The position numbers and the translations under genes are program-made. A stretch of 55,750 nucleotides of DNA, taken from Candidatus Micrarchaeota archaeon. Its GTDB lineage: Archaea; Micrarchaeota; Micrarchaeia; Micrarchaeales; CABMGC01. The notes under the pieces are model-generated. The model had not been told where the DNA came from. It was given only the letters and a program-made list of their open reading frames with translations, and made no database searches. The stretch covers positions 1-55,750 of the forward strand of contig DAHUYR010000021.1 of NCBI GenBank assembly GCA_027315135.1, read 5' to 3'. Each line of letters starts with the position of its first letter. Position 1 is the first letter of the stretch. Positions 16,924 through 26,032 of the stretch are shown here, piece after piece.

Positions 16924-17059
16924 GGCATTCTATTTAAGATATATAAGTAGTTATTTATTACTGTGTTCAGGGGCGTAACTAGGGCGTCTTACGCCTATCC
17001 ATTATCACTATCGTCAATGCGCATAGTCTATTACGCCCAGTTGTTTCAAGCCCCAAACC

Positions 17060-17213
17060 TGCCTGTCTCTGAAAGCAAATGCTTATTTTACACCATGTGC
17101 GTGCTTAAGTTTTTGTACAAATTGCATTTTATCACACCCAGCCAAGATTTTTATGGTTCTTAAAATCATAACCAGCATTCGATGATAGTCTACTAACAAG
17201 AACTTACTCCTGC
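17060..17213. repeat. Dispersed repeat family A, copy 2
   Basis: See 8134..8285. Both copies keep the perfect 10-nt palindrome tttgtacaaa (8185-8194 and 17112-17121). Confidence 0.85.
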
Positions 17214-17287
17214 TCCTGCGTAATTTGTAAGCAGCTCAAGTTCGCCAGACCTGTCATCCTCATTTTTTATGTATACCTTCAATGATG

Positions 17288-17911
17288 TTATACTATGCCT
17301 AATTTTTTGAAATCACTCTTAAGCGTTTGGAGATTGATGAACAATACTCCTTTCATTCCCAATTCATTTGCAGCAGCGACATTAGGCTGAAAGTCGTCTA
17401 CGAACACACATTCCTCTAAATTGGCTCCTATTTTGGCGATTGCATTGAGAAATGCCTTCTTGTCTGGCTTTTTCAATTTTTCCTTGTAGGATTTGAATAT
17501 ATTTTCAAAGTGACTGTCCACTTCGCTTACCCATTTGTCTGAGCTTCTGTCAAGATCAATGGTGTCTGTAAGCATGTGGATTTTGTAGTTCTTTTTGAGT
17601 TGTCTTACATAATCTAACAGATCCCAATTAATCTGTTCCTTTTCAGTCATGTTGTAAGCTTTCCATGCAGTGTAAGACTCGGTTATATCAAGGTGCAATC
17701 CAAGCTTGGTGTTCATCGACGCTAGAAAATCCTTTGGTGTTTCTTGACCTGTCAATAACTTTTCTTTGTTGTTTTTCCAGATTTCCGATGCCTTTTGTTC
17801 AGAGATGTTGAAGACTCTGGCCAAATCTTTTGGCACGCCAGTATGCTTTCCACCTAAATACAGAAAGACTCCGCCAAAGTCGAAGATTATGTGTTTGTAC
17901 ATAAATACCAT
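17288..17911 (-). CDS. HAD-superfamily hydrolase (subfamily IA-like)
   Basis: Motif I IIFDFGGVF, a helical cap region, and C-terminal CVFVDDFQPNVAAANELGMKGVLF (motif IV region). Confidence 0.8.
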   Translation of the reverse strand: MVFMYKHIIFDFGGVFLYLGGKHTGVPKDLARVFNISEQKASEIWKNNKEKLLTGQETPKDFLASMNTKLGLHLDITESYTAWKAYNMTEKEQINWDLLDYVRQLKKNYKIHMLTDTIDLDRSSDKWVSEVDSHFENIFKSYKEKLKKPDKKAFLNAIAKIGANLEECVFVDDFQPNVAAANELGMKGVLFINLQTLKSDFKKLGIV

Positions 17912-18075
17912 ATGTTAGAACGGGTTGCGGCACTCCAATAAAGCAATACACCTTCCAGCATTATAAAATACCATAAATCCTAGTATTCCTTTGCTTTCAA
18001 CAAAAATGCACGACCTGAATGTCGGAAGATGTCAGAAAATATTACACGAACAGCACAACGAATCGTTTTATTTTC

Positions 18076-18663
18076 CTAGTATTCCAAAGCAGTCAGGCAA
18101 ACAATGTTCGTATTCTCGGTTATGCGGTACGCTGCATTTGGTATTTTAGGTGTCACGCCAACTACACGCATTTTCAATCCAACCATCCCCATATTCAGGT
18201 TTACCTTAGAATTATTAAGCACGTATCTGTTTGCGAATTTGCTCTTGATTATGCTGCTCCAGTCAGTTTCAACAGGAATGAACCTCGGCCGTCTTAGAAC
18301 AGCATGCATTTTTATGCTAGCTGCCTCTGCAATTTTCGGCTTCGAAACGAGTATCTGCTCTCCTATCACTATCTCAAGCAGGTTCCTTATCTCCGTGTCA
18401 AGTCTTACATAGTCATTCTTCCTATCCTTCAGGTACCCATCTTCAACAACGGCAACCTCTTTTTTCCCGTCAAAGTCTATCAGGACAGCGTCTCCCCGTT
18501 TAACTCCGAGCCTTTTCTGTATTTTTGGAGTCAAGGTAGCACGGCCAAATCCGCGGTCGCGGTACATCTCCGCAGCAACAGTCAGAAGTTCAGACGCGCT
18601 TCTGTTATTCTTTTTATCAGCATTAGTCCCAGTATTGTTCTTCACCATGTGATCGCCATACAT
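18076..18663 (-). CDS. Stand-alone CDC48/VAT N-terminal-domain-like protein (double-psi barrel + beta-clam), no AAA+ module
   Basis: LTVAAEMYRDRGFGRATLTPKIQKRLGVKRGDAVLIDF.GKKEVAVV....DYVRLDTEIRNLLEIVIGEQILVSKP follows the CDC48_N pattern. A second beta-rich half follows it. Confidence 0.55.
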   Translation of the reverse strand: MYGDHMVKNNTGTNADKKNNRSASELLTVAAEMYRDRGFGRATLTPKIQKRLGVKRGDAVLIDFDGKKEVAVVEDGYLKDRKNDYVRLDTEIRNLLEIVIGEQILVSKPKIAEAASIKMHAVLRRPRFIPVETDWSSIIKSKFANRYVLNNSKVNLNMGMVGLKMRVVGVTPKIPNAAYRITENTNIVCLTALEY

Positions 18664-18733
18664 AAAAAGCGGAAAAGCTATAAAAAAGCAATAATAAATA
18701 ATGTTTACTGGAACACAGACAGCAAGCCAAGCG

Positions 18734-18812
18734 TTGTGTCAAATTTGTTTAAATTCCGAAAACATTTAAATATTACAAAAAACAAACTGCAGTCATGGTT
18801 CTTAGTCACATA
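18734..18812. repeat. Dispersed repeat family B, copy 2 (promoter plus start of the 226-aa gene)
   Basis: See 8568..8646. The box tttaaata (18765-18772) is centred about 27 nt before ATG 18795, which fits a leaderless archaeal promoter. Confidence 0.85.
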
Positions 18813-19475
18813 GAGGATGCAATCACAAAAGTAAAAAATGAAAACTCTACCCATAGATATTTGCAACGAGGCGTTCAAGAATTGCCAAACTGGCAGATAC
18901 GCAGCCTATGGGCAGGCCATTTTAGCAGCAATGATGAATTAAGGAACGAATGCAGGATGCTTCTCAGAGACCTCTTCAAGAGAGGATTAGATAACCACTA
19001 CCATATGCGAGAATTGCGAAGATTATTGTGGAGGGGAGAAGTACCACTTCCTGAAGAGACATTTATACTTGCTCCTGTGCCTGTAAGCGGCATAAGTCCA
19101 GGTTGTGATGCCTATTCAGTATTTGCCCAGAAAGGAAGGGAGCCTAGCGATACGGTATTCATCGGCTATTCTCCACATAGGAGGACCATTCTCGAAGATG
19201 GCAGTCCTATCAAAAAAGAGGTATGCGTAAACCAAGAAGATCTAAAGATATTGCAAAGAGCAGTTGACGAGCATAAAAGCTTGGTATTTGTAGATGACAT
19301 AGTGGATAGCGGAGGAACCTTCAACGCACTAATTTTATTTGCAAAGAAACTGGGTTTCAAGGAGATAAAATTCTTTGACGCAATTGGGAAAGAATACTAT
19401 GATAATAAGAACAGGTCCAACTTCCCAGGAACCATGCCTAGGCCCAGGTTCGAGCCGGAAATAAAGACATGGTGA
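18795..19475 (+). CDS. Phosphoribosyltransferase-domain protein
   Basis: PRPP-binding loop LVFVDDIVDSGGTFNAL. The N-terminal ~90 aa are of unknown function. Confidence 0.7.
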   Translation: MVLSHIEDAITKVKNENSTHRYLQRGVQELPNWQIRSLWAGHFSSNDELRNECRMLLRDLFKRGLDNHYHMRELRRLLWRGEVPLPEETFILAPVPVSGISPGCDAYSVFAQKGREPSDTVFIGYSPHRRTILEDGSPIKKEVCVNQEDLKILQRAVDEHKSLVFVDDIVDSGGTFNALILFAKKLGFKEIKFFDAIGKEYYDNKNRSNFPGTMPRPRFEPEIKTW

Positions 19476-19482
19476 TCTAACG

Positions 19483-20112
19483 ATGGAAAAAATAGCTTGT
19501 GGCAATCACTACGTGAATGCGGTAGTTTCGCTCAAGCCGAATTCGAAGTTGAACATAATCTTATCGCACGGAGAAAATAACGGCATGGATTATAGACTGC
19601 TTGTCAAATTGTTTGACTCTCTTAAGTTTGACTATTCTATACTGAGGTTTAACTTTTCATATATTGATGGTGGCCTTAAGAAGGATACAAATACTAACAA
19701 AATGGAGCTTGAAACATGCATAAAATATTTGGGCGATAGGGATATTGTACTGATAGGAAAATCGTATGGTGGTATTTTATCTACGATGATTGCAGCTCAG
19801 AAAACAACGGGAATTTTAGGAGTCATTGTTTTAGGTTACCCATTGCACGAGTATGGGAATCCAGGTCATTTAAACGATGTCAGCTACCTAAAACATGTCA
19901 AAATAACAACCAAATTTATTATCGGTGACAAAGATCCCAATTGCAGTCTGGAAACCTTTAATAAAGTACTACCAAGCTACAAGCCTGAAATTATTAATAA
20001 TTCTGATCATTCATACAGGCCTATTAATAATGTCGGCAGCTTGGATGAAAATGAAGATAAAGTAATTACTATTGTTAAAAGAGAAATATACACTATGGCA
20101 AAGTCGATATAA
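19483..20112 (+). CDS. Alpha/beta-fold hydrolase (dienelactone-hydrolase/KANL3-like)
   Basis: Nucleophile elbow VLIGKSYGG, with a later D and H (IIGDKDP...NSDHSY) in catalytic-triad order. Confidence 0.7.
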   Translation: MEKIACGNHYVNAVVSLKPNSKLNIILSHGENNGMDYRLLVKLFDSLKFDYSILRFNFSYIDGGLKKDTNTNKMELETCIKYLGDRDIVLIGKSYGGILSTMIAAQKTTGILGVIVLGYPLHEYGNPGHLNDVSYLKHVKITTKFIIGDKDPNCSLETFNKVLPSYKPEIINNSDHSYRPINNVGSLDENEDKVITIVKREIYTMAKSI

Positions 20113-20457
20113 ACATATATAATATGTAAAATAAGTTTTATATGAACTCCAATTTTTCTTCAATACCTATATCTCAGCATGACCTTAATTTCTATATTGG
20201 CAAAGGTGGCTTGGCCTCAGAATAAGAGAAGCGGTAAATGGTAAACGTCAAGGACACTGGCTTCGACAATAGAGAGCTAATGATAAGGACAGAAAAGGCA
20301 CATACTCTCAATACGCTTATTATCCGGATACCTCTCTTCAAGCTGACGTTGGAATATATCGGGCAGTACAAGCAGCACATTCAGAAGGATGGACACCTCT
20401 TCTTTAAACAAAACGATGTGCAAAGAGCTTAGGAATAGTATAACCTCATCTGAAAAT

Positions 20458-20532
20458 TGCTCCGGCCGGGATTTGAACCCGGGTTACAGGCGTGAGAGGC
20501 CTGCGTCCTTGACCGGACTAGACGATCGGAGC
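20458..20532 (-). tRNA. tRNA-Glu (anticodon CUC)
   Basis: The reverse complement GCTCCGATCGTCTAGTCCGGTCAAGGACGCAGGCCTCTCACGCCTGTAACCCGGGTTCAAATCCCGGCCGGAGCA folds as a cloverleaf. The anticodon loop is CTCTCAC, the T-loop is TTCAAAT, there is one A:C mismatch at 7:66, and CCA is not encoded. Confidence 0.9.
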
Positions 20533-20587
20533 ACAGCACTTACCATTAATTGACAAATATTATATTACTTTCAGGTAAATTAATAGC

Positions 20588-21817
20588 ATGCCCTCATTCT
20601 GCGAGAAATATGCGCCGATAACGCTAAACATGCTTATTGGAAACAGGATTCAGATAAACAGACTGATAGATTACGGCGCAGCGATCCAGGCAGGAAAGAA
20701 AATAAGGCCGATACTGATATACGGGCCATCGGGAACAGGAAAGACAGCTGCAGCGCATGCTTTTGCATATTCCAACGGTTTTGAGATAATAGAGTTCGAT
20801 GCAAGCGATTACCGAGATGCGGAAACGCTGCAAAAAAGGCTTCTTCCTGCAACAACGTCCAGGAACCTGTTCGGTAGCAAGGTAATAGTGATATTCGACG
20901 AGATAGATGAGATATCCTCGAGATTCGACAGGGGAGCGGAAGGGATACTTGCAAAACTATTCAGAGATGCAAAGTGTCCTGTTATACTGACTGCAAATGA
21001 CTATTGGGACAGGAGATTAGTCTTCCTAAGAGATCATGTGGAGAGGATAGAGTTCAAGAAGCCAAGCGCAAACGAGGTAGTTTCGCTGATGTGCGACGTT
21101 CTCAAAAAAGAGGGCATAATCTCTGTGGAGAAGGCAACCATAGATATATTGGCGAACAGGGCAAACGGGGACGTAAGGGCAGCTCTTAATGATCTTGAGG
21201 CGATGGTCGATGCGAGCCCCGAACTCCTTGACAATCTGGGCATGAGGGACAGGAAGGTCGAGACCTTCGCAGTGCTTGATAAGATATTCACCTCAAAAAA
21301 ACTTGCTTCAAGGAATGCTGCTCTTGCATCAGGGATAGACAAGGATATGCTGATGAAGTGGATAGACCAGAATATTCCCATAAGGTATCTGTCAAAGAAG
21401 GATGTCGCAAATGCATATGCGGTTCTCGCACTCGCAAGCAAATTCAATAATAAAGCTACAAGGACAAATTACTACGGCTACCTTAGATATTCAAATGATC
21501 TCATGTCGGGGGGCGTAAGCCTGCAGAATACAGGATACATAAGCACGATGAATCCTTACCTCTTCCCTAGCGTAATAAGATATCTCAGCACAACAAAGGC
21601 AGAACGCCAGTACATAAAGGCAATAGCGGAAAAGCTGTCTCCAATATTCCACGTAAACAGGAAGGAGATAGTGAATGGATACATGCCTCTACTGAAGCTG
21701 ATGATGGAAAACGGTGCAAGCGTGCAAGGCGAGGATAACGTGCTTCTTTTCATGGAGAAAAACTTCAATCTTGAGAAGGAAGAAGCCGATTTCATAAAAG
21801 ACCGGAAATCAGATTAA
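20588..21817 (+). CDS. rfcL: Replication factor C large subunit (short form)
   Basis: CEKYAP...LIGN box, Walker A ILIYGPSGTGKTAAAHA, Walker B VIVIFDEIDEI, and sensor region NGDVRAALNDLE. Confidence 0.85.
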   Translation: MPSFCEKYAPITLNMLIGNRIQINRLIDYGAAIQAGKKIRPILIYGPSGTGKTAAAHAFAYSNGFEIIEFDASDYRDAETLQKRLLPATTSRNLFGSKVIVIFDEIDEISSRFDRGAEGILAKLFRDAKCPVILTANDYWDRRLVFLRDHVERIEFKKPSANEVVSLMCDVLKKEGIISVEKATIDILANRANGDVRAALNDLEAMVDASPELLDNLGMRDRKVETFAVLDKIFTSKKLASRNAALASGIDKDMLMKWIDQNIPIRYLSKKDVANAYAVLALASKFNNKATRTNYYGYLRYSNDLMSGGVSLQNTGYISTMNPYLFPSVIRYLSTTKAERQYIKAIAEKLSPIFHVNRKEIVNGYMPLLKLMMENGASVQGEDNVLLFMEKNFNLEKEEADFIKDRKSD

Positions 21818-23466
21818 TAAATTCCAAGCTCCTGCAGGTCAACCTCAAAGGCTACTACTGGTTCTCCTATGGCAAAATTATTCAATACCTTCGGATGCAG
21901 CTCTCCGAAGAACCCGACGCTCTTTCCGCCCACTCTTATCTCGCCGCACCTTCCCTCAATGAAACTGCCATGGGAGCACTTAGACACGCTGTACTTTACC
22001 TTGTTCAGGTACATGATCTCTTCTATTACTGCTTTTATATCGTTAAGGTTTGCCTTAGTGTCTGAAATGACTGCAGCAATATGATACCTTTCAGATACCT
22101 TTCCTTCCTTTACCTTGAATGCCATGTCAAGCTCAAAGAGCTTATGCGGCATCTTTTCATGCTGCGACTTAGAAAGATTATTCATAAGCGAGGGCAGGAG
22201 CCATGTCCTGACCATTGATATTGACGAATTAACGGAGTTGGTCACAGTTACTGCCTCTCCCTTGGCAGGACGCATATCCATTCTCTCATAATTTGAGGAT
22301 TCATTAGTGAGGTAAGAGTTCATTGCCTGAGTGAAGCTAAGCCCTACCATGATATCTTCAAGAGCTTTGTTCCTGATAGTTGTGTTTTCCAAAGCCCCAG
22401 AATTGTAATTCGGCAGACCTACAGGCTGTATATAATCGTAACCGTATGCTATGGCCATATCCTCAATAATATCCTGCTCATTGATTATATCAATTCTGTA
22501 TTCAGGCACGCGGAACCGTATATTCTTTCCAACAAGTGCGGCTTCATAACCCATCTTGTTTGCAAGCGATATTGCCGCTCGGTAATCAAACTCAACTCCA
22601 AGACTCTTCAATATCTCATCAAGGCTTATTGAGATATAACGGGTCTCCATCAAAGGATAGGTCTTGCCTGAGTTACCGCGCAGGACGGTGACTGGGAATA
22701 CCTTTGCTCCCATGTCTGAGAACATCGCAGTAAGCATGTCAATGCTCTTTTCAACAGCATACTCTGAGGTTCCAGTAATGTCTACAAAAAGGTTCTTTGT
22801 AGATTTTGTCACCTTTGTCCTGCTGGAATTTATTATTGGTATTAACGCAAGCACCCCTATGGAATCCTTGAGCACAGGATACCCTTCTTTCCCATTTCCT
22901 ATCGCCTCGCCATAGTCAATGCCCTTTTTATTTGTCTTGAGTATAAGGCTGAAACTGTCCTGGCTCTTGGAATTCAAGGCAGTGAACTTTTCATCCTTTG
23001 CAAGCGAGTATGTGAGCTCCTTTGATTCTATTGCATCAAGATCATGTATTCCTATTGCTATCTTTTTCCTCTTCCTGCCGAAGGTGTCGCAGAACTTATC
23101 CGTAAAGGACATGAGTTGCGCAAGCGAGATGTCGTCAAACTTCATACCCTTCGCAACCACCCCCACTATGAACGGCCTAACGTTCTTGATGCCCGGGGAT
23201 ACAGATATGCTAATCTCAGGAGTTTTTCCATCAAGTTCGTAATGGAATTTGTTGTTCTTGTGCATGAAATAACGCAGGGCCCTCGCAATCCCGACAGGAT
23301 CAAGGAGATCAGGCCTTGCAGGGCTTAACTCTATCGCAATCTCATCCTTTGTCATATCCTCCACTTCAAGTCCAAGCTTTGATATCTGATCCTGAAGCTG
23401 CTCATCACTTATCTTCAGCCTGATGAGCGAATTAAGGTAATCTTTGTTTATTTTCACAACTGGCAT
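21814..23466 (-). CDS. pheT: Phenylalanine--tRNA ligase beta subunit (archaeal type)
   Basis: At 550 aa it starts MPVVKINKDYL and has B3/4 and B5-like regions. It lies directly downstream of pheS with no gap. Confidence 0.9.
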   Translation of the reverse strand: MPVVKINKDYLNSLIRLKISDEQLQDQISKLGLEVEDMTKDEIAIELSPARPDLLDPVGIARALRYFMHKNNKFHYELDGKTPEISISVSPGIKNVRPFIVGVVAKGMKFDDISLAQLMSFTDKFCDTFGRKRKKIAIGIHDLDAIESKELTYSLAKDEKFTALNSKSQDSFSLILKTNKKGIDYGEAIGNGKEGYPVLKDSIGVLALIPIINSSRTKVTKSTKNLFVDITGTSEYAVEKSIDMLTAMFSDMGAKVFPVTVLRGNSGKTYPLMETRYISISLDEILKSLGVEFDYRAAISLANKMGYEAALVGKNIRFRVPEYRIDIINEQDIIEDMAIAYGYDYIQPVGLPNYNSGALENTTIRNKALEDIMVGLSFTQAMNSYLTNESSNYERMDMRPAKGEAVTVTNSVNSSISMVRTWLLPSLMNNLSKSQHEKMPHKLFELDMAFKVKEGKVSERYHIAAVISDTKANLNDIKAVIEEIMYLNKVKYSVSKCSHGSFIEGRCGEIRVGGKSVGFFGELHPKVLNNFAIGEPVVAFEVDLQELGIY

Positions 23467-24939
23467 TCACACAGACCTCATATCTCTTGCAAACCCTATT
23501 CCATTATTGTAGAGTTCGGCTATGGACTTTATCCCATTGTTTTTGCTCATTAGCAATACTCTTTCCACTCCTGCTCCCCATGCTAAGACGCTTATCTTAT
23601 TCCTAGATATGCCTGTAACCTCGCTCCTCATGATTCCCGAACCGCCAAGCTCTACCCATTCGTTTGTAACATCTGAGAAGCCATAGAACTCAGCAGCAGG
23701 TTCGACGAATGGGAAATAGGAGGGCTTGAACTTGAGCTTTATTCCGAGCTTTCCATATAACTTTATCAAAGTGTCAAACAGGTTGGCCATCGTAAGATCC
23801 TTCCCTATTATTATCCCATCATGCTGGTAGAAATCAGCAAGATGCCTATAGTCTATATTCTCGTTCCTGAAGAGCCTGCCAAGCGAGAAGACCTTCAGTG
23901 GAAGCGCCTCGGCGTTTTCTTCAGAGAGTATTTTTGCAATCGCCTGATGGACGTAGCGCGCGGAAACGCTTGTAGTATGCGTCCTAAGAACTCCCTGTCT
24001 TGCCTTATCTATGTCCCACGAGTACTTCCAGGACTTCTCATGCGCCTCCTTTATCTCCTTCACGTAGCTCTTTTCATCTATCTCCATGCTCTTAGGGTTG
24101 TCAAGGAAAAAGGTATCCTGCTTGTCCCTTGCCGGGTGATCCTGCGGTATGAACAAAGAGTCAAATACCCAGAATGCAGGCTCTATTGTCGGCCCAGATA
24201 TCTCCCTGAAGCCCATGGAGGTGTAAGCATCCTTTATCCTGTCTATAGTCTGCTTAAGGGGATGTTTCTTTGCTGCGAACTGGCGTTCCACCATTGCAGA
24301 TACATCGTATTCAGATAACTTCTTGCCCTTCCAGCTCATTCTAAGTATCATCTCACGGTCTATGCTACCTATCTCATCACTATCTTCAACAGAGCTCTTT
24401 GCAGCCTCTCTGCCCTTCTGGGTTATCTCTGCGCTCTCAAACTCATTGCTGCTTTCAACCTCTATCAAGCTCCTTCTCTTCAGCGAGTCAAGTTCATCTC
24501 CAGGGTGCACTCCTTTGCCCTCTGCAATCCTCTTCAGCACGCGCTCCTCGGGAAATTCCTTTTTAAGCGCGGCTGTTCCTGCCTCATTTATCTTCAGAAT
24601 TCCATTTTCCATCTGCGCAAGCTTCTTCTTCATGAGCCATTGCAATCCTATTCTGTCCTCTTCGCTATCAAGGGATCCTGCCTTTACTCCAGATTCGCTT
24701 ATTCTGCGCAGAAGCCTGCTCTCAGGCAATCCATGCTCTGCATACTTTCTCCCTTCTGCACTGAGCACCACCTTCTGTCCCTCCTTATAACGGAGCATTG
24801 CAAAGCCTTTACTCTCCAAGCCGTGCAGAGCCCATAAGACCTGATCCTTGCCAAGCTTAGAGTGCTCTTCCAGTTCAGTTAAGGAAGCACTCCCTCGCTT
24901 TTCCAATAAGTTAAGGACTCTAACCTCATAATTATGCAA
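23467..24939 (-). CDS. pheS: Phenylalanine--tRNA ligase alpha subunit (archaeal type)
   Basis: N-terminal winged-helix repeats and class II motifs (FDSLFIPQDHPARD; LRTHTTSVSARY; GAGVERV). Confidence 0.9.
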   Translation of the reverse strand: MHNYEVRVLNLLEKRGSASLTELEEHSKLGKDQVLWALHGLESKGFAMLRYKEGQKVVLSAEGRKYAEHGLPESRLLRRISESGVKAGSLDSEEDRIGLQWLMKKKLAQMENGILKINEAGTAALKKEFPEERVLKRIAEGKGVHPGDELDSLKRRSLIEVESSNEFESAEITQKGREAAKSSVEDSDEIGSIDREMILRMSWKGKKLSEYDVSAMVERQFAAKKHPLKQTIDRIKDAYTSMGFREISGPTIEPAFWVFDSLFIPQDHPARDKQDTFFLDNPKSMEIDEKSYVKEIKEAHEKSWKYSWDIDKARQGVLRTHTTSVSARYVHQAIAKILSEENAEALPLKVFSLGRLFRNENIDYRHLADFYQHDGIIIGKDLTMANLFDTLIKLYGKLGIKLKFKPSYFPFVEPAAEFYGFSDVTNEWVELGGSGIMRSEVTGISRNKISVLAWGAGVERVLLMSKNNGIKSIAELYNNGIGFARDMRSV

Positions 24940-24948
24940 AAACCCACC

Positions 24949-25725
24949 TTATCTCAATTTAGTATAGGCGTAAATTCCAAGCGCTGCTACGGCTATTGCC
25001 ACAACGACGTATATCTCATCAGTATAGCTGTAATAGATTCCGCTGAAATAATCAAGAACTTCAGACTCCATTGACTGCTGCTGCGTGTATGCGAACGTGA
25101 ACTCGTTCAACGGTTCGCTCTCAAACCATGAAAACATCGTATCTCCGGTATAATTGCCGGTAAAGCTGGGACTTGGGAAATCAGGAGATGGATAAACTGA
25201 GATGGCTTCTGTTCCCTTAGGTATGATTATGTTGAATCTGGTATTCAGAGGAAGGCTCTCTCCACTTGACGAATGCTGGAAATTAAGAACCGAATCGTTG
25301 AAGGTGTACTTAAATTCACGCGGAGCGATGGTCTGAACTGTTGTCACGTTATTGACATAATACTCCAATGTTATCACAGCCGTTCCTCCATAACCATACG
25401 CATATCCGACGGGTCCAGGAAGAAGCGTAACGTTGTGCAGGCTGCCAGTCGGGTTTATTATATGCTCCATGAGGAGATCGGTGCTCAATACGTGCTGCCA
25501 TTCGCTAAGGGTGAGATTTATCGCCCTTCGGTCCTGGTTGTACTGCGCAACAGATGAATTTGACATAAGTATGGTGAACGATTCGACTACGTGCGCGCTG
25601 GTGTTCTTGTAAAGCATCACTGTGGTGTTCAGGTACGTGACGTTGAAATAGGCATTTGCGCTTGCAAATAGGAAGAGTGAGCTGAAAGCTGATGCGAGCA
25701 GTATGTAGTTAACCAGTTTGTGCAT
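24949..25725 (-). CDS. Sequon-rich secreted protein with C-terminal TM anchor
   Basis: Signal peptide (ILLASAFSSLFLFASANA), several N-x-S/T sites, and C-terminal YVVVAIAVAALGIYAYTKLR. Confidence 0.65.
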   Translation of the reverse strand: MHKLVNYILLASAFSSLFLFASANAYFNVTYLNTTVMLYKNTSAHVVESFTILMSNSSVAQYNQDRRAINLTLSEWQHVLSTDLLMEHIINPTGSLHNVTLLPGPVGYAYGYGGTAVITLEYYVNNVTTVQTIAPREFKYTFNDSVLNFQHSSSGESLPLNTRFNIIIPKGTEAISVYPSPDFPSPSFTGNYTGDTMFSWFESEPLNEFTFAYTQQQSMESEVLDYFSGIYYSYTDEIYVVVAIAVAALGIYAYTKLR

Positions 25726-25773
25726 ATGTATAAGACTACCAATTGTATTTTATAAACCTTTTATGCGAGCTTC

Positions 25774-26028
25774 TCAGTACTCCGTTATCTTATTCTTCTT
25801 TATGTAATACTGTGTATACGGGCATGCGGGGACTATCTTAAGGTTATTCTCCTTTGCAAATTCAAATGCGCGCGCGGTCAGCTCTGCAGCTACGCCTCCT
25901 CCTCTATCCTCTTCAGGAGTGCCTGTATGGTATATTATCATGTTATTACCTCGTATTCTGTAGTTCAATTCAGCTTCTCCATGTGCGGTCTTTGCCCACA
26001 TCCTCCCTTCTTCCATTATTATTTCCAT
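25774..26028 (-). CDS. Small GNAT-like acetyltransferase (YjdJ-type, single-domain)
   Basis: IIYHTGTPEEDRGGGVAAELTARAFEFAKENNLKIVPACPYTQYYIKKN matches the short GCN5-related family (HT.V......G.G.A..L......A......V.P.CP). Confidence 0.7.
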   Translation of the reverse strand: MEIIMEEGRMWAKTAHGEAELNYRIRGNNMIIYHTGTPEEDRGGGVAAELTARAFEFAKENNLKIVPACPYTQYYIKKNKITEY

Positions 26029-26032
26029 GAAA

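Noticed and set aside
16963-17163. 66-aa plus-strand ORF spanning the GGGCGTAA motifs and repeat A2
   Set aside because: It lies in a promoter/repeat region, has no RBS or motif, and the equivalent frame is not kept open in repeat copy A1.
8134-17213. Reading the repeat-bracketed island as an integrated mobile element or MITE pair
   Set aside because: The repeats lack terminal inverted repeats and target-site duplications that I could see. No integrase or transposase is present, and neither copy overlaps a tRNA. They are kept only as dispersed repeats of unknown origin.
18104-18813. Plus-strand ORFs 18019..18297, 18104..18412 and 18304..18813 (169 aa)
   Set aside because: They overlap the minus-strand CDC48-N-like ORF, which has a recognisable fold signature. 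The plus-strand translations are hydrophobic or low complexity without motifs.
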